This document shows positions 9,504 to 22,046 of a DNA stretch of 64,000 bases, piece after piece. The notes under the pieces were generated by a model. It saw only the letters and a list, made by a program, of their open reading frames with translations. It had not been told where the DNA came from and did no database searches. Numbering within the stretch: position 1 is the first letter of the stretch; each line of letters opens with the position of its first letter. This DNA comes from Clostridia bacterium (GTDB taxonomy: Bacteria; Bacillota; Clostridia; Christensenellales; DUVY01): contig DATCKE010000029.1 of assembly GCA_036562445.1 (NCBI GenBank), forward strand, positions 11,240 to 75,239, in the 5' to 3' direction. The position numbers were made by a program, and so were the translations under genes.

Positions 9504-11936
9504 ATGAGATACGGTTTTTTTGACGATGAAAGCAAAGAGTATGCCATTACCACGCCCAGAACGCCTTATCCGTGGATTAACTATTTGGGCACAAAAGAAT
9601 TTTTTAGTTTAATCTCCAATACCGCGGGCGGATACAGCTTTTATAAGGACGCAAGACTTCGCCGCATAACAAGATACAGATATAACAACGTCCCCATCGA
9701 CGACGGCGGAAACTATCTGTATATCAAAGAAGGCGATACCGTTTGGTGTCCCGGTTGGAAGCCTGTAAAGACCGAGCTGGATTCTTACGAATGCCGCCAC
9801 GGCTTAGGCTATACCAAAATAACTTCTTCCAAAAACGGCTTGGAGGCAAAAATAGTTTATTTTGTGCCTTTGGACATAAGCGCGATGGTTCAGCATTTGA
9901 CCTTGACCAATAAAACCGACAAGGTCAAAACGATTAAGCTATGGACTTTGGAAGAGTTTTGCTTGTGGAACGCTTTAGACGATATGACCAACTTCCAGCG
10001 CAACTTCTCCACAGGCGAAGTAGAGATAGACGGCAATGTCATTTATCACATTACCGAATACCGCGAACGTCGCAATCACTACGCTTATTACGCTTCCATA
10101 AGCGATATCAACGGTTTTGACACCGATAGAGACACTTTCTTAGGATTATATAACGGCTTTAACGAGCCGCAAGCGGTGCTCCAAGGCGTAAGCTTTAATT
10201 CGGTAGCTTCGGGCTGGGCGCCTATAGCTTCGCATTACATAGAAGCAGAGCTAGCGCCCAATGAAAGCAAGGACTTTATCTTTGTTTTGGGATACGCCGA
10301 ACTGCCCGAGGAAGAAAAATGGGTTGACGGCAAAGTCAATAAGTCCCCTGCCCTGGCTACGATTGAGAAGCTTAACACCGTGGAAAAAGTAAACCAAGAG
10401 CTCAACAAACTTAAAGAGTTCTGGAACGGCTTGCTCAATAAATTCAGCTTGACAAGCCCCGACCCTAAGCTCAATAGAATGGTTAACATTTGGAACCAAT
10501 ACCAAGTAATGGTTACCTTTAATATGTCGCGCAGCGCTTCGTATTTTGAAAGCGGCATAGGCAGAGGTATGGGCTTTAGAGACAGCTCGCAAGACTTGCT
10601 AGGCTTTGTTCATCAAATACCGCACTCGGCTCGCCAGAGAATTATAGACTTGGCGTCAACACAGCTGCCTGACGGCGGAGCTTATCACCAATATCAACCT
10701 TTGACCAAAAAGGGCAATCACGACATAGGCAGCAACTTTAACGATGACCCTCTGTGGCTGATTTTGGCGGTTTGCGCTTATTTGAGAGAGACCGACGACC
10801 ATACGATTTTGGACGAGATGGTGCCCTACGACAACAACCCCGCTTTGGCTACGCCTTTAAAAGAGCACCTAATGCGCGCGTTTAAGAAGGTTGTGGAAAA
10901 CGTGGGCGAGCACGGCTTGCCTTTGATAGGCAGAGCGGACTGGAACGACTGTCTCAACCTAAACTGCTTCTCTAAAAACCCTGACGAAAGCTTCCAGACC
11001 ACCGAAAACACCAAGTCCGATAAAGCCGAAAGCGTGCTGATAGCTTGTATGGCGGTATATATCGGCAAAGACTACTTGAGGCTGTGCGAAAAATACAACC
11101 TAAAAGAAGACGCCGAATACGTTAAAAAACATATCGCCAAGATAGAAAAAGCGGTTATAGAGCACGGCTGGGACGGCGAATGGTATATAAGAGCATACGA
11201 CGCGTTCTCTAGACCTGTTGGCTCGAATCAAAACGAGGAAGGAAAAATCTTTATCGAAACCCAGGGCTTTGGCTCTATGGCGTTGATTGGACAAGAATTC
11301 GACTATCCTCGCCGCGCGCTTGACAGCGCTTGGAAATATCTGGCTACAGAATACGGATTTGTCTTGGTTCAACCCGCTTACTCAAAATACTACCTGCACC
11401 TGGGCGAGATATCCTCTTATCCTCCGGGATACAAAGAAAACGCCGCGGTATTCTGCCACAACAACCCTTGGATAATGTTGGGCGAAGCGGCTATAGGAAG
11501 AGGCGACAAGGCCTTCGAGGCTTATAAGCGTATTTGCCCGGCTTATCTAGAGGAGGTAAGCGACATTCACAAGACCGAGCCGTATGTTTACTCGCAAATG
11601 ATAGCAGGTCGCGACGCTAAACACTTCGGACAAGCCAAAAACTCTTGGTTGACCGGCACGGCGTCTTGGAACTTGGTGGCAATAACCCAGGGCATTTTGG
11701 GCATAAGGCCCGAATACGAAGGTCTAAAGGTCGACCCTTGCATCCCTAGCGATTTTGAGGAATACAAGGTGGTAAGACATTACCAAAACGCCGTATACGA
11801 GATTACGGTTAAAAATCCCAATAAGCTTTGCAAGGGCGTCAAGAGCTTGATAGTAGACGGCCAAAAGATAGAAGGCAATATCATTCCCAGCTTTAAAGAC
11901 AATAAAGTCCACACCGTTATAGCAGTATTAGAATAA
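9504..11936 (+). CDS. cbp: GH94 cellobiose phosphorylase
   Basis: N-terminus [29 protein letters not shown] is the classic cellobiose phosphorylase start. Catalytic block [10 protein letters not shown] is present. I chose the ATG at 9504, with AAAGGTGA 5-6 nt upstream, over the GTG at 9495. Confidence 0.9.
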   Translation: MRYGFFDDESKEYAITTPRTPYPWINYLGTKEFFSLISNTAGGYSFYKDARLRRITRYRYNNVPIDDGGNYLYIKEGDTVWCPGWKPVKTELDSYECRHGLGYTKITSSKNGLEAKIVYFVPLDISAMVQHLTLTNKTDKVKTIKLWTLEEFCLWNALDDMTNFQRNFSTGEVEIDGNVIYHITEYRERRNHYAYYASISDINGFDTDRDTFLGLYNGFNEPQAVLQGVSFNSVASGWAPIASHYIEAELAPNESKDFIFVLGYAELPEEEKWVDGKVNKSPALATIEKLNTVEKVNQELNKLKEFWNGLLNKFSLTSPDPKLNRMVNIWNQYQVMVTFNMSRSASYFESGIGRGMGFRDSSQDLLGFVHQIPHSARQRIIDLASTQLPDGGAYHQYQPLTKKGNHDIGSNFNDDPLWLILAVCAYLRETDDHTILDEMVPYDNNPALATPLKEHLMRAFKKVVENVGEHGLPLIGRADWNDCLNLNCFSKNPDESFQTTENTKSDKAESVLIACMAVYIGKDYLRLCEKYNLKEDAEYVKKHIAKIEKAVIEHGWDGEWYIRAYDAFSRPVGSNQNEEGKIFIETQGFGSMALIGQEFDYPRRALDSAWKYLATEYGFVLVQPAYSKYYLHLGEISSYPPGYKENAAVFCHNNPWIMLGEAAIGRGDKAFEAYKRICPAYLEEVSDIHKTEPYVYSQMIAGRDAKHFGQAKNSWLTGTASWNLVAITQGILGIRPEYEGLKVDPCIPSDFEEYKVVRHYQNAVYEITVKNPNKLCKGVKSLIVDGQKIEGNIIPSFKDNKVHTVIAVLE

Positions 11937-11979
11937 AGCTTATTTCCAAAAAACCCTCATTCTCCACCCTAAGGAAAAA

Positions 11980-12004
11980 GCCCTTAAAAATATTTTTTAA
12001 GGGC
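11980..12004. terminator. Bidirectional intrinsic terminator between convergent cbp and the ATPase gene
   Basis: GCCCTTAAAAA-TAT-TTTTTAAGGGC, perfect 11-bp arms with T-rich runs on both sides. Confidence 0.7.
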
Positions 12005-12034
12005 CTTTTCCTTTTATGCGCTTTTTAGTTTTTG

Positions 12035-14722
<2,688 letters not shown>

Positions 14723-14763
14723 TTTACCTCCCGCGATTTTTCTCTAGGCTATCGCTAGTCCAA

Positions 14764-14869
14764 AGATAAAAGTCTTGTCGATTAAGCTAATATGCCGAAA
14801 GTCAGAGGCTTCGTGTTGACGGCATATTATCCGTTAAAAAAATTTAACGGCGACTACTCCCTTTTATCT
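14764..14869 (-). promoter_or_regulatory. yybP-ykoY (Mn2+) riboswitch in the ATPase leader
   Basis: Minus strand reads AGAUAAAAGGGAGUAGUCGCCG...UUAGCUUAAUCGACAAGACUUUUAUCU. The conserved boxes GGGAGUAG and CAAGAC-UUU are both present. The P1 halves GAUAAAAG/CUUUUAUC pair, and two internal hairpins form (CCGUUAAA/UUUAACGG and AUAUGCCG/CGGCAUAU). It ends about 40 nt before the GGGAGG RBS. Confidence 0.7.
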
Positions 14870-15106
14870 AAAAAGTCCTGAATTTTACTTAAAAAACAGG
14901 GCTTGTTCATTCTTAAATATAATATGCCCTAAATTTTGTTTTAATAAATACAATCCTTAAATCGCCCCCAAAAATTACCAATTATTTATAATAAAAATAT
15001 TCAATATAACATAAAATACCATTTTTTTATTGTATTTGTCAAGATTTAAATAATTCTTAAAGGGATAATCAATACTAATATCAAATAATAAAAAGAGGTA
15101 GCAAAG

Positions 15107-15919
15107 ATGAAACAAGTTGTGTTTGTTTTGGGCGGCTCGTCGGGTATTGGGCTTGAAACTGTCAAGTTGTTCTTGGATAAAGATTATGTCGTTTATAACG
15201 GCTCAAGAACTGAATGCCCTCTGCCGGGCGTAACTAATTTTACGGTGGACATCACCAATCCCCAAACGCTTTCCCAAGCGGTAGATAGTATATTAACCGA
15301 ACACGGAAAAATCGATATAGGCGTTTATTGCGCGGGAATTTCTATAGCCGCGCCCGCCGACGTAACCACAAGGGACGATTACAGCTACTTGTTTGAGGTT
15401 AATATGTTCGGGGCGGCTGAATTCGTAAAAAGCGTCGCGCCCGTAATGAAAGCGCACAAAAAAGGACGACTGATTTTCGTAAGCTCGCTTGCGGGCGAAC
15501 TGCCTATACCCTTTGAGGCTTTTTACAGCTCGTCAAAAGCGGCGCTTAACGCTTATGTTACCGAATTAAATATCGAACTTAATCAATATAACATTTACGC
15601 TACGGCCATAGTTCCCGGCGGCGTGAGAACGGAGTTTACAAAAAAGAGAAAGATTTATTCTAACGGCGTCCAAACCCAAAACCTAGAAAACGCTACTCAA
15701 ACCTTGGCTGAAATCGAGCAGCAAGGCTTAAACCCCCAAAAAGTGGCCGAGGCTATTTTTAACCAAGCCAATAAAAAACGCCCCGATGTCATCTGCGTGG
15801 TGGGATTAAAGAACAAGATGCAATACGCTTTAAGCAGAATTTTGCCTCAAAAAGCCTCTATCGGGGTAATAAAAATGTTGTATAAACAAGACGATAACGG
15901 ATATAACGCGAGAGTTTAA
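15107..15919 (+). CDS. Short-chain dehydrogenase/reductase (SDR) family oxidoreductase
   Basis: 270 aa. Gly-rich NAD(P) motif GGSSGIG and catalytic YSSSK (YxxxK). Confidence 0.85.
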   Translation: MKQVVFVLGGSSGIGLETVKLFLDKDYVVYNGSRTECPLPGVTNFTVDITNPQTLSQAVDSILTEHGKIDIGVYCAGISIAAPADVTTRDDYSYLFEVNMFGAAEFVKSVAPVMKAHKKGRLIFVSSLAGELPIPFEAFYSSSKAALNAYVTELNIELNQYNIYATAIVPGGVRTEFTKKRKIYSNGVQTQNLENATQTLAEIEQQGLNPQKVAEAIFNQANKKRPDVICVVGLKNKMQYALSRILPQKASIGVIKMLYKQDDNGYNARV

Positions 15920-15922
15920 AAT

Positions 15923-15948
15923 AAAAGCCTTGAACTTCAAGGCTTTTT
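15923..15948. terminator. Bidirectional terminator between convergent SDR and ABC permease genes
   Basis: AAAAGCCTTGA-ACT-TCAAGGCTTTT hairpin. Overlaps the permease stop codon. Confidence 0.6.
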
Positions 15949-16693
15949 AAATGTATTTTTTGCGGATTGTTTTGACCAGTATTTCCACCAAAAAGACTAT
16001 AACAAGCATTATAATAGTCCACGCGAAGATATTGGCCATATTGAGATAGGCTCTGTCTTGAAGCATCGCGTATCCTATCGTGCCCTTAGGCTGGGCTATA
16101 AACTCCGCCATTACCATTACTTTTAAACCAAGCCCGAAAGATTGAATAAACGCCGCGATAAGATAAGGCAAAGTAACGGGAATAAAAACGAAAAACACTA
16201 CCTTAAAATTAACCTTGCTAAAGAGCTTTATCTCGTCCTTAATCGCGCTGTCTATAGCCCAAAAGCCGCTCAACGCGCCCTCGTACATAACGGGCAAAAC
16301 CACAAAGCCGGTAATAAAATACGGGCTTATTTCCCTTCCTAATAAAAACAGCAAGAAAATAATAAGAGAGACTACGGGGATGGTGCGCATCAAAACGAAT
16401 AAGGGCTTAATGAAGTTCTCAAACCAGTCGAGTTTATAAGACAGATAAGACAATACCAAGGTCAAACCGGCGCAAGCGCATATAGTTAAAACAAGCCTGC
16501 CTATCGTCTTAAAAACCAACGAATAGGTCTTGGCTTGTTTTAACAAACTTACCAGCGCAATCAAAACGCTTGGGATATCGGGAATAACTAAGTCGTTGTT
16601 TATCGCTCTTTGGGCTATAGTCCAAAGAACAAGCAAAAACATTACGCCAAGTATTACATATACAAAGCTGTAACGTTTTTTGGTTTTGGTCAT
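15947..16693 (-). CDS. ABC transporter permease (NitT/TauT/SsuC-like)
   Basis: 248-aa six-TM protein. Its start overlaps the SBP stop (TAATG). Confidence 0.8.
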   Translation of the reverse strand: MTKTKKRYSFVYVILGVMFLLVLWTIAQRAINNDLVIPDIPSVLIALVSLLKQAKTYSLVFKTIGRLVLTICACAGLTLVLSYLSYKLDWFENFIKPLFVLMRTIPVVSLIIFLLFLLGREISPYFITGFVVLPVMYEGALSGFWAIDSAIKDEIKLFSKVNFKVVFFVFIPVTLPYLIAAFIQSFGLGLKVMVMAEFIAQPKGTIGYAMLQDRAYLNMANIFAWTIIMLVIVFLVEILVKTIRKKYI

Positions 16694-17631
16694 TAGAAAT
16701 AAAAGCTTTCTTCAGGTTTTTTATCCAATAGGTTTTTGTTTTGGCTTATCAATAGGTCAAAATATTTTTCCAAAACGTCTTTGTTATCCTTGGCCTTTTT
16801 ATAGTCAATAACATTGCCGTTTTGGATAGCCGAAGTTATTACTTCCTTAGACAAAGCTTTAAACTGCTCGTGATATTCGACTATTTTCTCGGCGTATTCC
16901 TCGGGATTTTGATTTAGGTTTTGGATATTGGATTTAAGCTCGCCCAAAACTTGATTAATAATTTTGCGCCTTTTAGATTCGCTGTTTACAAACACGCCCG
17001 CTTGAGGTATGGCCTCCATTTCGGTTTCCAAAACTTCTTGAAGGTCGACTCTTATTAAGGAGAGTTTTTTCTTTAAAGTTAATTGCGACAAGACGGGCTC
17101 GGCTACCAAAGCGTAGTCGTATTCCGAATTTTCCCCGGTAAACAGTCCTACCACCTCTTGAACGCTGTTTTGGTAGACAATTTCGTCCGCCTCAACGCCC
17201 TTAGCCTTAAGCGCCGCGCGCAAAACTATTCCCGGCGTAGCGTTCTGCCCAAAGGCTATTATTTTTTTGCCCGCTAAGCTCGATAAGGTTTCGTCTAGCG
17301 CCGCGCCTTTAGAGACAATGTAGACGTTTCCAAAAGTTATCATGGCGTCCAGTTTGTAAACGGATTTACCCGCGTTATACAATTTCGCACCTAAGTTTAA
17401 AGGGGCTATGATAATGTCGTAGTTTTTTTTCATTAACTCGACTTGCAGGTTGTCAGGGCCGTCCACATTCTCAATCTTAATGTCGGGATTATCATATAGT
17501 CCTCCTACCGCTATCAAGGTAATTCCGTTGGGAACCAGCATTTTTGCTTGGCTGGTTTCGCCGCACGATGTCAAAAACACACCGGACAAAGCGACAACCA
17601 ACAGAAGGACAAATGATAATACCTTTTTCAT
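16693..17631 (-). CDS. ABC transporter substrate-binding lipoprotein (NMT1/ThiY/SsuA-like)
   Basis: 312 aa. Lipobox LTSCGE. GGGAG RBS. Starts 18 nt after the hydA stop. Confidence 0.75.
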   Translation of the reverse strand: MKKVLSFVLLLVVALSGVFLTSCGETSQAKMLVPNGITLIAVGGLYDNPDIKIENVDGPDNLQVELMKKNYDIIIAPLNLGAKLYNAGKSVYKLDAMITFGNVYIVSKGAALDETLSSLAGKKIIAFGQNATPGIVLRAALKAKGVEADEIVYQNSVQEVVGLFTGENSEYDYALVAEPVLSQLTLKKKLSLIRVDLQEVLETEMEAIPQAGVFVNSESKRRKIINQVLGELKSNIQNLNQNPEEYAEKIVEYHEQFKALSKEVITSAIQNGNVIDYKKAKDNKDVLEKYFDLLISQNKNLLDKKPEESFYF

Positions 17632-17649
17632 TTATATCATCTCCCAAAC

Positions 17650-19422
17650 TTAAATTTTAGAATAAATCTCCTTTTTGGTGTAGTGAGTGTGCAGCATTTT
17701 ATGAGACTTTTCGCCGCCGGGCTTGCCTAAGAACTCGTCATAAAGCTCGATGACGGCGGGGTTTTGATGGGATTTGCGCAGTTTTTTGTCGGCGTCTATG
17801 CCGTAAACAGCCTTGGCTCTTTCTTTTCTTACGTCGATTTTTTCCAAAACTTCGGCGTTAACTATAGGCTGACCGCCGCCGTTTACGCAGCCGCCCGTGC
17901 AGGCCATAAACTCGACAAACGCGTATTTGCCCGGATTTTGTTTTACTCTCTCAAACATTTCCTTAAAGTTGACAGCGCCGTGAACTACCGCCACTGTTAA
18001 TTTTTCGCCCGCGATTTCTAGCTCTACTTCTTTTATGCCGTTGTCCGCGCCTCTTACAGCGGCGAAATCAACATCGGAGTAATCTTTTTTCTCAAGAATA
18101 TCTCTAACCGTTCTAAGCGCCGCTTCCATTACGCCGCCGGTAGCGCCGAATATGACGCCCGCGCCGGTGTATTTTGCCATAGGGCTAGCGGGTTGGATAT
18201 CCTCAAGCGCTCTAAAGTCAATGTCTTGTCTTTTTATCATTCTGGCAAGCTCTCTAGTGGTCAAGACATAGTCGACGTCCGCGATGCCGTCAACTTGCAT
18301 TTCGGGGCGTTTTGCCTCGTATTTTTTTGCGATGCAAGGCATTATGGAAACGACTTTTATCTTTTCTTTGGGAACATTGATTTTTTGAGCGTAATAATTC
18401 TTAATCAAAGCGCCCTGCATTTGTTGAGGCGATTTGCAGGTAGATAGATTGGGCAAAAATTCGGGGTAATATTGCTCTATATATCTTATCCAGCCGGGCG
18501 AGCAAGAAGTAAACATAGGCAGGACGTTTTTGTTGCCTTTTTTATATTCTTCCAGCCTATGAATAAACTCCGTGCCCTCTTCCATTATGGTTACGTCGGC
18601 CGCGAAGTTGGTATCTGTGATATCGTCAAAGCCTAGTTTATATAAAGCGTTGTAAAGCTTGCCTTCGACATTGGTTCCGATAGGATAGCCGAATTCTTCG
18701 CCCAAAGCCGCTCTTACGCTGGGCGCGATTTGAACTACGGTATAATATTCTTTTTTAGCCAGCAAGTCCAAAACATCGTCAATTTGCTCTCTTTCTCTTA
18801 ACGCGCCGGTGGGGCAAGATTGTATGCACTTGCCGCAATAAATGCAGCCGCTGTCCTCTAGGGTGTGGTTTTGAGCGGTGCTTACATAGGTATTGTAGCC
18901 GCGTTCGTTAAAGTCAAGCACGCTCGTTCCGGCCAGTTTTTGACAAGCGCTTACGCATCTGCCGCACAAAATACATTTGGAACTGTCCAAAACAATCGCG
19001 TCGGTAATGTTGGTGATATAACGCTTCTTGGTAAAGTAGGGATTTTCGCCCATCGCGTTTTCGATATTGTATTTTCTAAGCAGGTGCAAGAACTCGCAAT
19101 TGCGCTCTCTAGGGCATCTCCAGCAGTCAAATTTGTGGTTGGAAGCCAAGAGCATTAAGTTTCTTTTAACCGAATTTTTTACGCGGTCGGTATTGGTTCT
19201 TACGACCATATTGTTTTGAACTTTTACGGTGCAAGAGTTCTTAAGCGTGCGCATTCCCTCTATCTCAACCACGCAAACGCGGCACGCCGAAGTTTCGTTT
19301 ATGCCTTTTAGATAGCACAAACGAGGTATATTGATTCCGAGCTCGTTAGCCGCTTCCAATATCGTGTAATTTTCAGGAACAGTTACTTGTTTGCCGTCTA
19401 TTGTTAGTGTTACCGTATTCAT
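17650..19422 (-). CDS. hydA: [FeFe]-hydrogenase catalytic subunit, group A3 (bifurcating HydABC type)
   Basis: 590 aa. N-terminal NuoG-like 2Fe-2S domain, a His/Cys cluster and two 4Fe-4S ferredoxin motifs. H-cluster motifs L2 IMPCIAKKYE and L3 EFMACTGGCVNGGGQP are canonical. L1 reads FTSCSPGW rather than TSCCP. Confidence 0.9.
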   Translation of the reverse strand: MNTVTLTIDGKQVTVPENYTILEAANELGINIPRLCYLKGINETSACRVCVVEIEGMRTLKNSCTVKVQNNMVVRTNTDRVKNSVKRNLMLLASNHKFDCWRCPRERNCEFLHLLRKYNIENAMGENPYFTKKRYITNITDAIVLDSSKCILCGRCVSACQKLAGTSVLDFNERGYNTYVSTAQNHTLEDSGCIYCGKCIQSCPTGALREREQIDDVLDLLAKKEYYTVVQIAPSVRAALGEEFGYPIGTNVEGKLYNALYKLGFDDITDTNFAADVTIMEEGTEFIHRLEEYKKGNKNVLPMFTSCSPGWIRYIEQYYPEFLPNLSTCKSPQQMQGALIKNYYAQKINVPKEKIKVVSIMPCIAKKYEAKRPEMQVDGIADVDYVLTTRELARMIKRQDIDFRALEDIQPASPMAKYTGAGVIFGATGGVMEAALRTVRDILEKKDYSDVDFAAVRGADNGIKEVELEIAGEKLTVAVVHGAVNFKEMFERVKQNPGKYAFVEFMACTGGCVNGGGQPIVNAEVLEKIDVRKERAKAVYGIDADKKLRKSHQNPAVIELYDEFLGKPGGEKSHKMLHTHYTKKEIYSKI

Positions 19423-19432
19423 TGATAAACTC

Positions 19433-21265
19433 CTATTCGATGATAATAGCGTTTACGGGACAGTTTTGTCTGCACAAGTCGCACTTAATGCAGCGGCCGG
19501 AATCAATCTTGTGAGGCTTTTTAACCTCGCCGCTGATAGCCTGAACGGGGCATCCGCGCTTGCACTTTGTGCAGCCTATGCACTTGTCTTCCAAAACAAC
19601 ATATTTAATTAGCGCTTTGCAGACTTTAGCGGGACACTTTTTGTCCTTTACATGCGCGATGTATTCGTCTTTGAAGTTTAACAGAGTGGATATGACAGGG
19701 TTAGGCGCGGATTGGCCTAGAGCGCAGAGAGCCGAATCTTTGATATAGAAAGCCAATTCTTCTAGCTCTTGCAGGTCTTCCATCGTGCCTTCGCCCTCTT
19801 TTATCTTAGCCAATATCTCCAACATCTTGCGAGTGCCTTCGCGGCAAGGCGTGCACTTTCCGCAGGACTCTTCGACGGTAAAGTCTAAATAGAAGTGCGC
19901 GACGTCGACCATACAGTTGTCTTCGTCCATTACTATCATACCGCCGCTGCCCATCATAGAGTTGAGATTTAAGAGGTTGTCATAGTCAATAGGGGTGTCT
20001 AGGTGTTCCGCTGTCAAGCATCCGCCGGAAGGCCCGCCGGTCTGAACAGCTTTAAATTTCTTGCCGTTGGGTATTCCGCCGCCGACTTCGAAAATAACTT
20101 GTCTTAAAGTCGTGCCCATAGGAATTTCCAACAAGCCGGTGTTATTTATTTTGCCGCCAAGCGCGAAGACCTTGGTGCCCTTGGATTTTTGAGTGCCCAT
20201 AGAGGCGAACCATTTCGCGCCCTTTAATATAATGGCGGGAATGTTGGCGAAAGTTTCAACGTTGTTGATAATGGAGGGTTTGCCCCAAAGACCTTTATCC
20301 GCGGGGAACGGGGGCTTGTTTCTAGGCATTCCTCTTTCGCCCTCGATGGACGCTATCAAAGCGGTTTCTTCGCCGCACACAAACGCGCCCGCGCCCAGTC
20401 TTAACTCTAGGTCAAAGCAAAAGTCAGTGCCGAAAATGTTTTTGCCCAAAAATCCCGCTTCATACGCTTGCTTGATAGCGGTATTTAGTCTTTGAACGGC
20501 CAAAGGATATTCCGCTCTTATATAGATATATCCTTGGGAAGCGCCGATAGCGTAGCCGCCTATAGCCATAGCCTCGATTACGCTATGAGGATCGCCTTCC
20601 AAAACGGCTCTGTCCATAAACGCGCCGGGGTCGCCTTCATCGGCGTTGCAGATGATGTATTTTTGACCGCCTTTGTTTTTGGCGCAAAGGCTCCATTTTA
20701 ATCCGGTGGGGAATCCGCCGCCGCCGCGACCTCTTAGGCCTGATTCTTGAATTATATGAATAACTTCTTCGGGCGTCATCTCGGTCAAAACTTTGCCCAA
20801 AGCTTTATATCCGTCGTAAGCTATATATTCGTTTATATCTTCGGGGTTGATTACGCCGCAGTTTCTCAAAGCGATACGAACTTGCAAAGCGGAGGTATCG
20901 TTTTTATAGTTGCTGATTGTTAGTTCTTTTACGGGCTCGCCGCCAATTAGGTGCTGGTTGACAATCTTCTCGGCGTCTTCGGGGGTTACCTTGCAATATG
21001 TGGTCTTTTGACCGTTATGGTCGACTACTTCTACCAAAGGCTCCAAAGCGCATTCGCCTACGCAGCCTACGGAAGCTAGGTCGATATTCTTTAAATTATT
21101 GGCTTCAATAAGCTCTTTTAACTTAACATAAACTTTTTCAGCGCCAGCGGTAAGACCGCAGGTAGCCATACCTACCATTACTCTAAAACCGTTTTCGTGA
21201 AGTTGGGGGTTGATTTTTGCTTCTGTCTTAGCCTTGGTCGCGTTTAAATAATCTAAAGTAACCAT
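19433..21265 (-). CDS. hydB: NuoF-like NADH/FMN subunit of the bifurcating hydrogenase
   Basis: 610 aa. Thioredoxin-like 2Fe-2S N-domain, GRGGGGFPTG FMN/NADH motif, CGKCTPCREG, and two C-terminal CxxCxxCxxxCP motifs. Confidence 0.9.
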   Translation of the reverse strand: MVTLDYLNATKAKTEAKINPQLHENGFRVMVGMATCGLTAGAEKVYVKLKELIEANNLKNIDLASVGCVGECALEPLVEVVDHNGQKTTYCKVTPEDAEKIVNQHLIGGEPVKELTISNYKNDTSALQVRIALRNCGVINPEDINEYIAYDGYKALGKVLTEMTPEEVIHIIQESGLRGRGGGGFPTGLKWSLCAKNKGGQKYIICNADEGDPGAFMDRAVLEGDPHSVIEAMAIGGYAIGASQGYIYIRAEYPLAVQRLNTAIKQAYEAGFLGKNIFGTDFCFDLELRLGAGAFVCGEETALIASIEGERGMPRNKPPFPADKGLWGKPSIINNVETFANIPAIILKGAKWFASMGTQKSKGTKVFALGGKINNTGLLEIPMGTTLRQVIFEVGGGIPNGKKFKAVQTGGPSGGCLTAEHLDTPIDYDNLLNLNSMMGSGGMIVMDEDNCMVDVAHFYLDFTVEESCGKCTPCREGTRKMLEILAKIKEGEGTMEDLQELEELAFYIKDSALCALGQSAPNPVISTLLNFKDEYIAHVKDKKCPAKVCKALIKYVVLEDKCIGCTKCKRGCPVQAISGEVKKPHKIDSGRCIKCDLCRQNCPVNAIIIE

Positions 21266-21286
21266 CTATGTTCTCCTCGAATCTTG

Positions 21287-21772
21287 TTAAGCTTCTAATT
21301 TCAATATTTCCTCTATAGCCTTTTTGGCTATGTCTTTGTTGGCGTTGCCGTAAACTTTGTCGCCGATTTTAAATACGGGCGCAAGACCGCAAGCGCCTAT
21401 GCAACGCGCGCTTTCTAGAGTAAACAGTCCGTCTTCGGTGGTTTGACCAGGCTCGATATGAAGAATTTCGCCTATAGTGTCAATAATCTCTTTAGCGCCT
21501 TTTACGTAGCAAGCCGTTCCCATACAAACATTGATGATATACTTGCCTTTAGGCTCGGTAGAGAAGTTGGCGTAAAAAGTTACCACGCCGTTGATTTTAG
21601 CTATGGATTCGCCCAATTCTTCGGAGATGATTTTTTGGACTTCGATAGGAATGCACCCAAAAATGTTTTGAGCGTCGTGCAAAGTAGGCATTAAAGGCCC
21701 GGGTTTTTGCTTGTGCTGTTTGATTCGCTCTTTTAATAACTGAACTTTGGATTCATCTAAGACAAACTTCAT
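21287..21772 (-). CDS. hydC: NuoE-like 2Fe-2S subunit of the bifurcating hydrogenase
   Basis: 161 aa. Cys motifs CMGTAC and CIGACGLAP. Confidence 0.9.
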   Translation of the reverse strand: MKFVLDESKVQLLKERIKQHKQKPGPLMPTLHDAQNIFGCIPIEVQKIISEELGESIAKINGVVTFYANFSTEPKGKYIINVCMGTACYVKGAKEIIDTIGEILHIEPGQTTEDGLFTLESARCIGACGLAPVFKIGDKVYGNANKDIAKKAIEEILKLEA

Positions 21773-21820
21773 TTTTACAAGCCCCTTAATTAAAATAATT
21801 ACGCATAATCAAACTGTGCC

Positions 21821-21843
21821 ATTGTCTATTATATTTTGACAAT
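21821..21843. promoter_or_regulatory. Inverted repeat in the hydCBA leader (candidate operator)
   Basis: ATTGTC-N11-GACAAT, between the predicted -10 and the RBS. Confidence 0.3.
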
Positions 21844-21858
21844 AAATTAACTATCCGT

Positions 21859-21887
21859 ATTATACCAAAATTTGGAGATTATGTCCA
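21859..21887 (-). promoter_or_regulatory. Sigma-A-type promoter for hydCBA
   Basis: On the minus strand: TGGACA, 17-nt spacer, TATAAT, with a TGG extended -10. Confidence 0.45.
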
Positions 21888-21964
21888 ATAAATAGCGTCA
21901 GGATTTATCTAAAAACAAAAGTCTTATATATTATCAAAACGTATATTTTAGCTCTTTTGGCGGC

Positions 21965-21996
21965 ACAAAAAACGCCGTTTTCTCGGCGTTTTTATA
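21965..21996 (-). terminator. Intrinsic terminator after the phosphoglucomutase gene
   Basis: AACGCCG-TTTTCT-CGGCGTT with T-runs on both strands. Confidence 0.6.
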
Positions 21997-22046
21997 TTTT
22001 TTGTATGTATCATTCATAATACTTGGCGGCTATTTTGGGCTATGTA

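Noticed and set aside
21821-21843. Calling the hyd leader repeat a canonical Rex box.
   Set aside because: The half-site spacing is 3 bp longer than TTGTGA-N6-TCACAA. I kept it only as an unassigned inverted repeat.
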